The position numbers were made by a program, and so were the translations under genes. Below, one piece after another: positions 47,704 to 56,764 of a stretch of 64,000 nucleotides of DNA. The notes beneath the pieces are model-generated. The model searched no databases. It saw only the letters and a list, made by a program, of their open reading frames with translations, and was not told the origin of the DNA. This DNA comes from Syntrophales bacterium (GTDB taxonomy: Bacteria > Desulfobacterota > Syntrophia > Syntrophales > PHBD01). Each line of letters opens with the position of its first letter. Position 1 is the first letter of the stretch. The stretch lies in NCBI GenBank assembly GCA_963668175.1, contig OY764159.1:4025516-4089515 (forward strand), written 5' to 3'.

Positions 47704-48486
47704 TTACTGAATGACAAAATCGAAGTAGCGATCGGGATAGGGCTCCTTTTGCAAAGTGAAGTGCCACCATTCTTCAGGCAGGTTCTTAAAACCATGCTTG
47801 TCCATGAGCACTTTCAGGAGCATCCGGTTGATGCGATGCCTGAGAACGACATCCCTGTTTTCCGGGTGGGAAAGCTCGTGGAAGCAGTCGAATCCGGTCC
47901 CCATGTCGATGCTGTTGTCCTTGAACCGCTTATCCGCCGGAAGAAAACACTCCGCGAGCTCCTGACCGGGGACATACGCCTCCTGCTCGGGCTCCGGCAG
48001 GGGAACGATGGTCAAATCGACAGTACTGCCCCGGCTGTGCCCCGAACGACTGGCAATATAGCCGTCCCGGAACAGATTCTTCTTGTCGACGGTCGGATAG
48101 AATTCCTTCTTCGTTTTGATATCGGAGACGTCCTTCGCCCAACGGACAAAATGATCGACGGCCCGTTGTGGGCGATAGCAGTCGTAGACCTTCAATGTCA
48201 AACCGAACCGGTTCAGTTCCACCTGCACACGGGAAAGGGCAAGGGCCGCATCCCTCGTCAGGATGCACTTCGGGGCCTGATAACCGTCCACTTGCTGCCC
48301 CACGAAATTATGGGGTCCAAAATAGCGGATATCGAGAAGAATTGAAGGCGCCACATCCCGGAGGTCCGCAAATCCATCCGGAAGGCGGCTTTCCGGGCGG
48401 GCAGACGGAGGTAAAGCAGCGCGGGTTATCAGAATCGCCATGAGGCAAAAAACATATATTTTAGCATTCAGACCCGTCCTTGTCAT
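47704..48486 (-). CDS. D-alanyl-D-alanine dipeptidase (VanX/DdpX, M15 family), exported
   Basis: SRSGHSRGSTVDLT and EWWHFT are present, with an N-terminal signal-like segment. The start is moved to the ATG at 48486, which follows AGGAG. The track's extension overlaps the recC 3' end. Confidence 0.85.
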   Translation of the reverse strand: MTRTGLNAKIYVFCLMAILITRAALPPSARPESRLPDGFADLRDVAPSILLDIRYFGPHNFVGQQVDGYQAPKCILTRDAALALSRVQVELNRFGLTLKVYDCYRPQRAVDHFVRWAKDVSDIKTKKEFYPTVDKKNLFRDGYIASRSGHSRGSTVDLTIVPLPEPEQEAYVPGQELAECFLPADKRFKDNSIDMGTGFDCFHELSHPENRDVVLRHRINRMLLKVLMDKHGFKNLPEEWWHFTLQKEPYPDRYFDFVIQ

Positions 48487-48515
48487 GCTTACTCCTTTCC
48501 TGTTCCATCCTCGCA

Positions 48516-51500
48516 TCAGATTTTCGTCAAGTGGGCGACCAACGGCATCAATATGCCGTCCGAAACCTCCCGAAATGCGTCGTCGATCGGGTCGGCGTCC
48601 CGAAAGCATAACCGATAGGCTGCATCGGAGCCCTCTCCAGAGTATATATCGTTCCCCATCCAGACGCGGCGGGCGGATGCCGTGGCCTCATCGCCTCTTT
48701 TCCGCCCCAGATGCGCCTGCTCGGCATAGTGCCACGACGTTTCGGGGAAAAACTTCAAGGGCTGCGTCAATCCGCGGTTATAAAGATGAAGGAGGTATGC
48801 CAGATGATTTTCGGCCTCCTCGACCGGATCGATGCGCCAGGCCTGGTTACGGCAGAGAACGAGGCTCTGCCGGGGATAAGCTGTTTTACCCATGCAGTTC
48901 AGTATCAGATGGCGGATCCACGCCGCAAGCAGATCCTTCCCCTTTAGATCGGCATACCGCAGATGGATCAGCGCCCCGGCGAATATGGAACCGATCCGCC
49001 CCGTCAGGGTCCACGCGTCTACCGTCAAATTGATATCGAGCGGCGGCATCTCGCCGCCTTCCATAAATCGCCGCACTTGATGAACAAATATCGATGTTCC
49101 CTCCGAAAGTTCATGGTATTGGAACAGTCCCACGCTCCCGTGAGGCAACACGCCGGCTGCCTTGAAGGCGGGCCAGGATGCCCCTGTATCATGTCCCTGG
49201 AAAGATTTTTCGACGAGGCGCTGTGCGAGCAGATACCTGTCCAGGCCCTCCATCCGGAAAGGTTCCGCTTCCGCAAGCGTTGCTTCCGGTTCTTCCAGGA
49301 TCATGTGCAAACGCTTTTCCAGGAGGTAGCGCGCCGGGTTCCGAAAGAAGGCAATCAATTGATCCGTATCGACAGCGGTCTCCTCCGGCAGCGGATCGGG
49401 TAACCGGGACGGGATGAAGGCTTCCCGACACCGTCCTTCCTGAAGAAGCATGGCCGCGGCTAGGCAATTCTGGGAGGAATAGCTGAACAAGCGCCCATCA
49501 TTCTGAAAATAACGGGGATTGAAGGCCTGCAGCCTATGCTCGGTGACGAGAAACTCCTCCATAGTCCTCCCGTCGGCGGTTCTGAATCCTTGTTCGATAT
49601 AATCCATAAGTTCCGATACCAGCACGGAGGGCGGGATTACGGCGTTGTCTTCGATGCTCTGGCCGACGTAACTGATATAGAACCTCTTCCTGGCCGACAG
49701 CAATGCTTCGATAAAGAGATAGCGGTCGTCGTTCCGCCGGGACCGGTCGCCCGCCCGGGGATATTTCGCGATTAAATCGAATCCCAAGTGATGGGCCTGA
49801 CGGGGATAGCTCTGATTGTTCATCCCGAGAAGACAGATCACTTTGAAGGGCACGCTCCGCATAGGAAGCATGGCGCAGAACGTGACATCGCCCGTCATGA
49901 AGCCCCAGCCGCCTTCGTCCCTCGTCAATGCCGACTCGAGAGCCTTTCTGATAACGGGCATTGCTATCATCTCTCCAACGCCGGCATCATCTTCCATCTG
50001 ACCTAGGTCCTGAACGGTCCGGCGAATAAACTGGATGTCACGTTCGGTCCCCTCCTCGGCAAGGAAAAAAGTCTCCAGGAGGTCGTCCAGCTTCCGGCTC
50101 CAGTCCTTAAGCGTTCCGGGAGAGTCGAGGCTTTCCGTTTTCGCAAAGAGATGATCCATGAAGGCGCTGAATTTCCCCAGCACGGAGGATTCCTCCCCTT
50201 CAATCCCGTCGTAAGGCAGTATCCCTTTGAACAAATGATCGCCCTCGCCGGGCATCGCATACCCGAGAAGAAGTCTGTGAAGTCCCGCTTTCCACGTGTT
50301 TTCCGGATAGGGAGGGAGGCCTCGCTTCTGCCGGTGTCTTTCATCCATGCCCCACCGTATGCCGGATGCGGCTATCCAATGTCGGATCAATTCGACATCG
50401 ATTTCGTTAAGGCCGAAACGACGGTGGACACAGTCGAGTTCCAGAATCGACATGACCGCCGCCGAGCTGTAACGGCTCGCCAGCAGATCGAGAATCATCA
50501 GGAAACCGTTCGCGATCCTGCTGTCGGACTTCACGCCGCGGTCGGCGATACTGAAAGGTATGCGGTGCGTTTCCGGTGTCTTCGAGGCGTCATCGCCGGC
50601 CGATTCGAACACGGCGGTGATGTAGGGTGCATATTCGTCTATGTCCGGCGTCATGACCAGGATGTCTTTGGGAAGAAGACGCGGGGCCTGCTCGAACATG
50701 GCGAGCAAGTGGTCGTAGAGGACCTCCACCTCCCGCATCGGGCTGTGGCAGGAATGAATCCCGATGGACTCGTCGTCCGGACATATGACCATCCCGGATA
50801 ATTCGGGTCTGCTGCGGTCCCGCAAATTAAGGATATCGGACTGGACGGCGGCAAGGACCGTATCTTCTCCCGGATCATCGTAACGATCCCACTCCTCCGT
50901 CTCAATATCGAGGATATAGGATATGAACTCCCTGCCCAGGGTGCCCAGGGAGGACAACAGGGGATTCCCCCTTTCGAGGTAAAGCAAATCGTCGGATGTG
51001 TCAGCTCCCCGCCGTCGCCGGTAACGTTCCTGAGCCCGGCTGATCTGACGGTCCGTACGGATATCGAACCAGAACTCCCGGCATGGATTCATGAGAAAAA
51101 GATTGACTTCGACACTCCCGGCCACAGCCCGGAAGATATCCATAAAAATGTGCGGCAGCGACGAGATGCCGAAGATGGAAATCCGCTCGGGAAGGTTGAA
51201 GACTGAAGACGCCTTTCCCCTTGCCTCAGATATCAAGGATTGCTTCAGGATAGCAGGATGTACGCCGGCCGTTTCCTTGATTAAAGCGCGAAAAACGGCG
51301 GCCTGCCATATCTCGTCGGGATGCGTTATTTTGCCTTCCGCCCAGGCTGAAAGCATATCGGGGCGGTAGACCAGATACTGGTCCATCAGACCGGCAATGC
51401 GCTTCGCGAGTTCGTAAAGCTTCAGGCGATCCCGATCATCTTTCAGATAGGCACGAAGAGGCTCGAATCCTTCCCGGCCGATAAGGCCTGGCAGCAACCG

Positions 51501-51791
51501 CATGATTCGCCACGCCATAACCGGCGGATCGAAGCTCCTGCCGCCGGCGGGACCATCGACGATGTTTTCGCCGATCTCCGTCATGAAGTTCTTGGGAAAG
51601 GGAAAACGAACGTTGGCGCAGACACCTTGGACCCTGGCCAGTTCCATGGATATCCATCGCTCCATACCCCGGCTCTGGACAATGATTATCTCCGGGACAA
51701 AGGGAGACGGCAGAGGCTTCTTCAACACCTCGGCGAGTTTTGCAACGAGGATTTCCATCCGGTTGCTTGTATAGACTTTAAATCCAGCCAT
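48516..51791 (-). CDS. recC: exodeoxyribonuclease V gamma subunit
   Basis: 1091 aa. The N-terminus (FKVYTSNRMEILVAKLAEVL...PEIIIVQSRGMERWISMELA) is collinear with the RecC N-terminus. Confidence 0.9.
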   Translation of the reverse strand: MAGFKVYTSNRMEILVAKLAEVLKKPLPSPFVPEIIIVQSRGMERWISMELARVQGVCANVRFPFPKNFMTEIGENIVDGPAGGRSFDPPVMAWRIMRLLPGLIGREGFEPLRAYLKDDRDRLKLYELAKRIAGLMDQYLVYRPDMLSAWAEGKITHPDEIWQAAVFRALIKETAGVHPAILKQSLISEARGKASSVFNLPERISIFGISSLPHIFMDIFRAVAGSVEVNLFLMNPCREFWFDIRTDRQISRAQERYRRRRGADTSDDLLYLERGNPLLSSLGTLGREFISYILDIETEEWDRYDDPGEDTVLAAVQSDILNLRDRSRPELSGMVICPDDESIGIHSCHSPMREVEVLYDHLLAMFEQAPRLLPKDILVMTPDIDEYAPYITAVFESAGDDASKTPETHRIPFSIADRGVKSDSRIANGFLMILDLLASRYSSAAVMSILELDCVHRRFGLNEIDVELIRHWIAASGIRWGMDERHRQKRGLPPYPENTWKAGLHRLLLGYAMPGEGDHLFKGILPYDGIEGEESSVLGKFSAFMDHLFAKTESLDSPGTLKDWSRKLDDLLETFFLAEEGTERDIQFIRRTVQDLGQMEDDAGVGEMIAMPVIRKALESALTRDEGGWGFMTGDVTFCAMLPMRSVPFKVICLLGMNNQSYPRQAHHLGFDLIAKYPRAGDRSRRNDDRYLFIEALLSARKRFYISYVGQSIEDNAVIPPSVLVSELMDYIEQGFRTADGRTMEEFLVTEHRLQAFNPRYFQNDGRLFSYSSQNCLAAAMLLQEGRCREAFIPSRLPDPLPEETAVDTDQLIAFFRNPARYLLEKRLHMILEEPEATLAEAEPFRMEGLDRYLLAQRLVEKSFQGHDTGASWPAFKAAGVLPHGSVGLFQYHELSEGTSIFVHQVRRFMEGGEMPPLDINLTVDAWTLTGRIGSIFAGALIHLRYADLKGKDLLAAWIRHLILNCMGKTAYPRQSLVLCRNQAWRIDPVEEAENHLAYLLHLYNRGLTQPLKFFPETSWHYAEQAHLGRKRGDEATASARRVWMGNDIYSGEGSDAAYRLCFRDADPIDDAFREVSDGILMPLVAHLTKI

Positions 51792-52075
51792 TCCTTGCGG
51801 CCAAGCCTCCCCCGCCGTTGTTTTTCACCCCTCAGGTTTGTGCGGACCGTCTTATTGGTACTTCACTTCCCCTATCTTTTCAAGGACAAACCGATGACGA
51901 CGAATGCCCCCCAGCCGATACGAAAGCAATCGCCGAAGTTACGCCGGTTACGTCTTATACATCCTGGCGGATGATCGCGGCATCGTCCTGATGATGATGG
52001 GGATTTCATTTTACGATGGACGGCGCGCACTTATGGCGCATCACGCCTGCAAGTGAAGACGAGAAGACGGTTGAA

Positions 52076-52097
52076 GGGATGGCAGAAAAGCCATCCC
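52076..52097 (-). terminator. candidate terminator hairpin downstream of the ATPase gene
   Basis: GGGATGGC agaaaa GCCATCCC forms a perfect 8-bp stem, 60 nt past the stop codon. On the minus strand it is followed by a moderately T-rich stretch (TTCAACCGTCTTCTCGTCTT). Confidence 0.4.
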
Positions 52098-52157
52098 CGG
52101 ATGATGGGATGTCGATGGATCAAACGAATTCGGGAGACTTTCTATCGACCCGGGAAT

Positions 52158-52910
52158 TCAGCCCCGTTCGCGGATCAGCATGGTCGCCGGGTCCAGGCGC
52201 AAAGACGGCGAGGCCGGCGTGCCCTTCAGGGTCTGAATGTGGATCTCGGATCCCTCGGCCTCGAGCTGAAGCACCAGATCGAAAAGATCGATTACATGAA
52301 GCATAAGGACGGGCATGCCCCCCGCTTCCGGTTTCTTGTGCCGGTGCGTGTGGACCGTGAACCAGACTCGGACCCCCGTTTTCTTGGAAACGTTCTTGAG
52401 TTCCGCGATAGGGTCCCGGCCGGAATCGCCGAAGGGAAATCCGTCGATGATGACGATCTCGGGAGAAAAGATATTCTGCACTTCCAGGTCCGTGACCCGT
52501 TCCATCAATTTCGGTACGCTGAACCCCTCTGCTTTGAATGTCATGATGAAGCGGTTGGGCTGAATGGATTCCCACAGCGTATTGACCTGCTGCACTTCAT
52601 ATCGCCTGGCCAGATCCTGAAAGAGCTCGCGGTACCACAGGTCTACCTTGTTGACAGGGTCGCTGAGACTGATATGGAGGACTTTCCTGTTTCTCATCAT
52701 GGCGTTCAGCGCGAGTTGTACGAGCAGGGCCGTTTTACCGATCCCGGCCGGGGCCAGGATAGCGCCGAACCCTCCTTCCGGCAGGATGTCGTCCGTTGTA
52801 TCCTCGGCAAATTTTAATGGATTGCGTAAGATAAGATCCTTTTTCAGCATGATCATATTCCTATTTCGAATGTCGATTACCGTTGCTGGCGGTTTGATGA
52901 CGGTCTGCAC
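52158..52910 (-). CDS. RecA-superfamily (KaiC/DnaB-like) P-loop ATPase, function unknown
   Basis: It has Walker A (LAPAGIGKTALLVQLAL) and Walker B-like (PEIVIIDGF) motifs. The track start is a GTG; the in-frame ATG at 52850, 8 nt after AGGA, is an alternative. It lies 43 nt downstream of the EF-G paralogue. Confidence 0.65.
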   Translation of the reverse strand: MQTVIKPPATVIDIRNRNMIMLKKDLILRNPLKFAEDTTDDILPEGGFGAILAPAGIGKTALLVQLALNAMMRNRKVLHISLSDPVNKVDLWYRELFQDLARRYEVQQVNTLWESIQPNRFIMTFKAEGFSVPKLMERVTDLEVQNIFSPEIVIIDGFPFGDSGRDPIAELKNVSKKTGVRVWFTVHTHRHKKPEAGGMPVLMLHVIDLFDLVLQLEAEGSEIHIQTLKGTPASPSLRLDPATMLIRERG

Positions 52911-52953
52911 TTCTATCCATGCTTCCTTTATCTATGTCTGTCGGCATGAAGTT

Positions 52954-55041
52954 TCATGCGGCATTCTTCTTACGGGCGGCCACCTCTTCCGCAATCTTTT
53001 CCGCGATAGAGGCAGGGACCAGTTTGTAAAGGGCGAATTCCATGGTGAACTGGGCCTTCCCCTGCGTGGCCGAACGCAGGACCGTGGAGAAGCCGAACAT
53101 CTCCGCCAGGGGAACCTGCGCTTCCACGACGCACATGGTCCCTTCGTCCTGAGCGCCGACGATCATGCCCCGGCGCTGATTCAGGAGCCCCATGACGGCC
53201 CCCTGGAATTCCGTCGGGGTTTCGATTTCAACCTTCATGATGGGCTCGTGAATGACAGGCTTGGCCTTCGAATATCCCTCGCGGAAGGCCCCGCGGGCCG
53301 CCGCCTGGAAGGCGATATCGGACGAATCGACGGCATGGAAGGCGCCGTCGTTGATGGTGATCTTCACGCCGGTCACCGGGAACTCCATCTTCGGTCCCTT
53401 CACCAGGCATTGCCGGAACCCCTTCTCACAGGCCGGAATGAAGTTGGTGGGAATGGCCCCGCCGACAATCTTGTTTTCAAAGATGAAATCGGCTTCCGGT
53501 ACGGGTTCCATAAACCCGGCCACGCGGCCGTACTGTCCGGAGCCGCCGGTCTGTTTCTTATGCGTATAATTGAATTCCGCCCGCTGCGTGATCGTCTCGC
53601 GATAGGCCACCCGTGGATTGCCTGTATTGACTTCGGCGGAATATTCGCGGCGCATGCGCTCCACGTAGACTTCCAGATGAAGTTCCCCCATCCCTTCGAT
53701 GATTGTCTCGTTCGTTTCCTGATCGACATAGGTCCGGAAGGTCGGGTCCTCCTTGGTGAAGCGGTTGAGGGCCTTCGACATGTTGATCTGCGATTTGTTG
53801 TCCTTCGGAACGATGGCGAGGGAAATGACCGGTTCCGGAACGAACATGGAGGTCATGGTCAGATTGATTCCTTGCGACACGAAGGTGTCCCCGGAGGAAC
53901 ATTCGATGCCGAAAAGCGCGCCGATATAGCCGGCCGGAATGGCCTCGATCTCCTCCATCTGGTCGGCGTGCATGCGCACGACGCGGCCCACCTTGACCTT
54001 CTTGCCGCTCCTGGCATTGACGATCGTCGATCCCTTGGCGACCGTCCCCTGGTAGACGCGGATATAGGTCAACTGGCCGTACATGCCGTCTTCAAGTTTG
54101 AAAGCCAGAGCCACGACGGGCTGATCGGGGTCGGTCGACAGCGTCACGGGTGCTTCGTTATCGTCCATATCGAGGGCTTCGTTAACCACGTCCGACGGAC
54201 AGGGAAGGAAACTGGTCACTGCATCCAAGAGGGGCTGGACGGCCTTGTTCTTGTATGCCGACCCCATCAGGACCGGCGTCAGTTTTCGCGCCAGGGTCCC
54301 CTTGCGCAGCGCGTCGACGATCATCTCCTCGGTGACGTCGCGCTCCTCAAGGACCGCTTCTGTCAATTCATCGGAAAATGCGGAAGCGGCATCGATCATT
54401 TCGTCCCGCTTCGCCTTGGCCTGTTCCAGGAGTTCGGCGGGAATGGCTTCCCTGACGACTTCCTCGCCGTTTTCGCCTTTAAAATAGACGGCTTTCATGG
54501 CTATCAGGTCGACGACGCCCTGAAAATCGGTCTCCAGGCCGATCGGCATCTGCAAAGCCACGGCGTTATGGCCCAGTTTTGTCCGGAGCTGTTCCGTCAC
54601 CCGGGAAGGATTGGCACCGCTGCGGTCACACTTGTTGATAAAGGCGATGCAGGGCACCTTGTATCTTTTCATCTGCTGATCCACCGTGATGGATTGCGAC
54701 TGGACCCCGCCCACCGAGCAGAGAACGAGCACGGCGCCGTCGAGGACGCGAAGGGAACGTTCCACTTCGATGGTGAAATCGACATGGCCGGGTGTGTCGA
54801 TGATGTTGATTTCGTGGCCGAGCCACTCGCAGAAAGTCGCGGCCGAAGCAATGGTGATCCCGCGCTCTTTTTCCAGTTCCATGGAATCCATGGTGGCCCC
54901 GACGCCGTCTTTTCCCTTGACGTCGTGAATGGCATGGATTCTTTTGGTATAATAAAGAATTCGTTCCGTGAGGGTCGTCTTGCCCGAGTCGATATGGGCA
55001 CTGATCCCGATATTTCTGACTTTCTTAAGATCGCTTTTCAT
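52954..55041 (-). CDS. fusA: elongation factor G (stand-alone paralogue, not in an rpsL-rpsG-fusA-tuf context)
   Basis: Present are the G-domain [22 protein letters not shown] and NKCD, plus full-length domains II-V. The start is set at the ATG at 55041 (MKSDLKK). Confidence 0.95.
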   Translation of the reverse strand: MKSDLKKVRNIGISAHIDSGKTTLTERILYYTKRIHAIHDVKGKDGVGATMDSMELEKERGITIASAATFCEWLGHEINIIDTPGHVDFTIEVERSLRVLDGAVLVLCSVGGVQSQSITVDQQMKRYKVPCIAFINKCDRSGANPSRVTEQLRTKLGHNAVALQMPIGLETDFQGVVDLIAMKAVYFKGENGEEVVREAIPAELLEQAKAKRDEMIDAASAFSDELTEAVLEERDVTEEMIVDALRKGTLARKLTPVLMGSAYKNKAVQPLLDAVTSFLPCPSDVVNEALDMDDNEAPVTLSTDPDQPVVALAFKLEDGMYGQLTYIRVYQGTVAKGSTIVNARSGKKVKVGRVVRMHADQMEEIEAIPAGYIGALFGIECSSGDTFVSQGINLTMTSMFVPEPVISLAIVPKDNKSQINMSKALNRFTKEDPTFRTYVDQETNETIIEGMGELHLEVYVERMRREYSAEVNTGNPRVAYRETITQRAEFNYTHKKQTGGSGQYGRVAGFMEPVPEADFIFENKIVGGAIPTNFIPACEKGFRQCLVKGPKMEFPVTGVKITINDGAFHAVDSSDIAFQAAARGAFREGYSKAKPVIHEPIMKVEIETPTEFQGAVMGLLNQRRGMIVGAQDEGTMCVVEAQVPLAEMFGFSTVLRSATQGKAQFTMEFALYKLVPASIAEKIAEEVAARKKNAA

Positions 55042-55063
55042 AATCCCTTCCCTTTGCAGCAAT

Positions 55064-55096
55064 AAAAAAAATCCCTCACATATTGCTCATGAGGGA
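55064..55096 (-). terminator. intrinsic-terminator-like hairpin plus T8 inside the fusA-paralogue leader
   Basis: On the minus strand, TCCCTCA tgagcaatatg TGAGGGA is followed by TTTTTTTT. It ends 22 nt before the start codon. Confidence 0.5.
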
Positions 55097-55132
55097 CTCA
55101 ACCATTCATGATACTCTAAAATAAAGTTCCTC

Positions 55133-55161
55133 AATATGCTATAAATAAAACTCATTGTCAA
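55133..55161 (-). promoter_or_regulatory. candidate sigma-70 promoter for the fusA-paralogue leader
   Basis: On the minus strand: TTGACA (55161-55156), a 17-nt spacer, then CATATT (55138-55133). Confidence 0.35.
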
Positions 55162-55458
55162 CAAAAATATCGCTATTAATATATATTTTTTTGGAGTGAT
55201 TGTGTCGCTCCAACCCCACATCATCCAGGACAATCATAAATCATGCCATGACCATATCTTTCTATATTGTTGATAATAAAGGATATTCAATTAACGTTCT
55301 TAAGCGAATGCGGCCATTTTGTCTATTATTCCGGATCGCGTCCGGATCATTCGGACAGGTATTTGATGTTCCCAAAACATTTATCTTCCCATGGGGTTTG
55401 AAATTAGGGCATGGTGTGGTAAAGAAAACGGCATCGGTTTACAAGACGCAGAGATCGG

Positions 55459-56727
55459 ATGAAAACCATGGATTATACGATCCATTCAACGGCGGATTAT
55501 CACCTTGCGGACATCGACACCCTGGGATGGGAGTTGACGGTGTGCAACGCCCTTCACAATCCTGAAAGTCCATGCAGAAGAGCCCTGACCCGAAACGCTT
55601 CTTACGGAGAGCATCTCTACGATTTTCTGACGGGCTTCATGCCCATAGGCGAATTTACCCGCATCATGGAAATCGGGGGCGGCTATGGAGTGCTCATGAA
55701 GGACTTCCTGTTGAAAAAGAAAGGGGTCAGGGCCACCATGCTGGACATATCGCCTTTTCTTTTATCGAAACAGCAGGAGACCCTCTCCGGGTTTAACGCC
55801 ACATATGTCTGGGCCGACTTCCTGGCCGCCGAAGAAGACCTCATCAAAGGTCACGACCTCGTCATTCTGAACGAAAACCTGGGCGATTTTCCGATGCATC
55901 TGGACATCGACCGGACGGCGTTGTTCTCCCGTTCTCATGATGCGGATGCCGCCATGCAGGAAGTGCGTCGTCTTTTCGAGACCTACGCCCTGGAAATGCC
56001 CGGTCAATCACCCTTTCATTTTAACACCGGCGCAGTTCTGGCCGTAGAGAAGCTCTGTCGCCTGCAAGTGCCGTTCATCTTCATCGGCGAACACAGCTGC
56101 GAAGCTTCCGTTCCCGATCCATACCGAAGACTGATCCGGATAAGCGCTCCCGGCCAGCCGGAAAGGATCGCCCTCAAAGGCCACGACGAATATACGATCC
56201 GTTTCTCCCATCTGGACAGAATCGCCTCCTGCTTCCATTATCGTGTCGTCAGGGGCCCCTTTGCCGATATTCTCCCCTTCAGTCTTACCGACAGACTGCA
56301 TTGGCTCATGTCGCTGCCCGCTGCCGAAAGCGACGACGGGGAAATCGTCCGCCATTTCATCGAAGACCTTTTTCAATACGAGTACCTGATCCTGATCCGT
56401 GAAAAAGCGGGGATTGATACGCCGACATGCAGGCGTTGCGGAAAGTGCTGTCTGGCAGATTTTCGCACGTACGTAACCGAGGGCGACCTGCGGCGCTGGC
56501 GGCGGGAAGGGCGGGACGATATCCTGGCCTCCCTCGAAGAGCCCCGGGTCGTCTGGGCGGGGGACCATTTCGTGTCCATCACGGACGAGAAATGCCTCAG
56601 CGCCTGCTCGCAGCTCTTCCGGCAAGACGGCCTGCCCGCCTGTTCCATCTATGCGACGAGACCGGATACATGCCGGCAATTCCACCCCGGCCTTTCGGAG
56701 ATATGTCCTCAATTCTGTCCGCGATGA
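55459..56727 (+). CDS. fusion protein: MidA/NDUFAF7-like SAM methyltransferase domain + YkgJ-type CxxCxxCC Cys-cluster domain
   Basis: The N-terminal part has IMEIGGGYGVLMKDFL and LVILNENLGDFPMH, which resembles the MidA ANE..DA.P motif. The C-terminal part has CRRCGKCC ... CSIYATRPDTCRQF. Confidence 0.7.
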   Translation: MKTMDYTIHSTADYHLADIDTLGWELTVCNALHNPESPCRRALTRNASYGEHLYDFLTGFMPIGEFTRIMEIGGGYGVLMKDFLLKKKGVRATMLDISPFLLSKQQETLSGFNATYVWADFLAAEEDLIKGHDLVILNENLGDFPMHLDIDRTALFSRSHDADAAMQEVRRLFETYALEMPGQSPFHFNTGAVLAVEKLCRLQVPFIFIGEHSCEASVPDPYRRLIRISAPGQPERIALKGHDEYTIRFSHLDRIASCFHYRVVRGPFADILPFSLTDRLHWLMSLPAAESDDGEIVRHFIEDLFQYEYLILIREKAGIDTPTCRRCGKCCLADFRTYVTEGDLRRWRREGRDDILASLEEPRVVWAGDHFVSITDEKCLSACSQLFRQDGLPACSIYATRPDTCRQFHPGLSEICPQFCPR

Positions 56728-56764
56728 GCAGGAACATTCCCACATACATGCGCCATCGATACGC

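Noticed and set aside
52648-55065. An 805-aa plus-strand ORF covering the whole EF-G locus.
   Set aside because: It is antisense to a gene with unmistakable EF-G motifs. Its product is rich in R, G, H, D and L and has no motifs. This is a typical mirror ORF of a GC-rich gene with strong codon bias.
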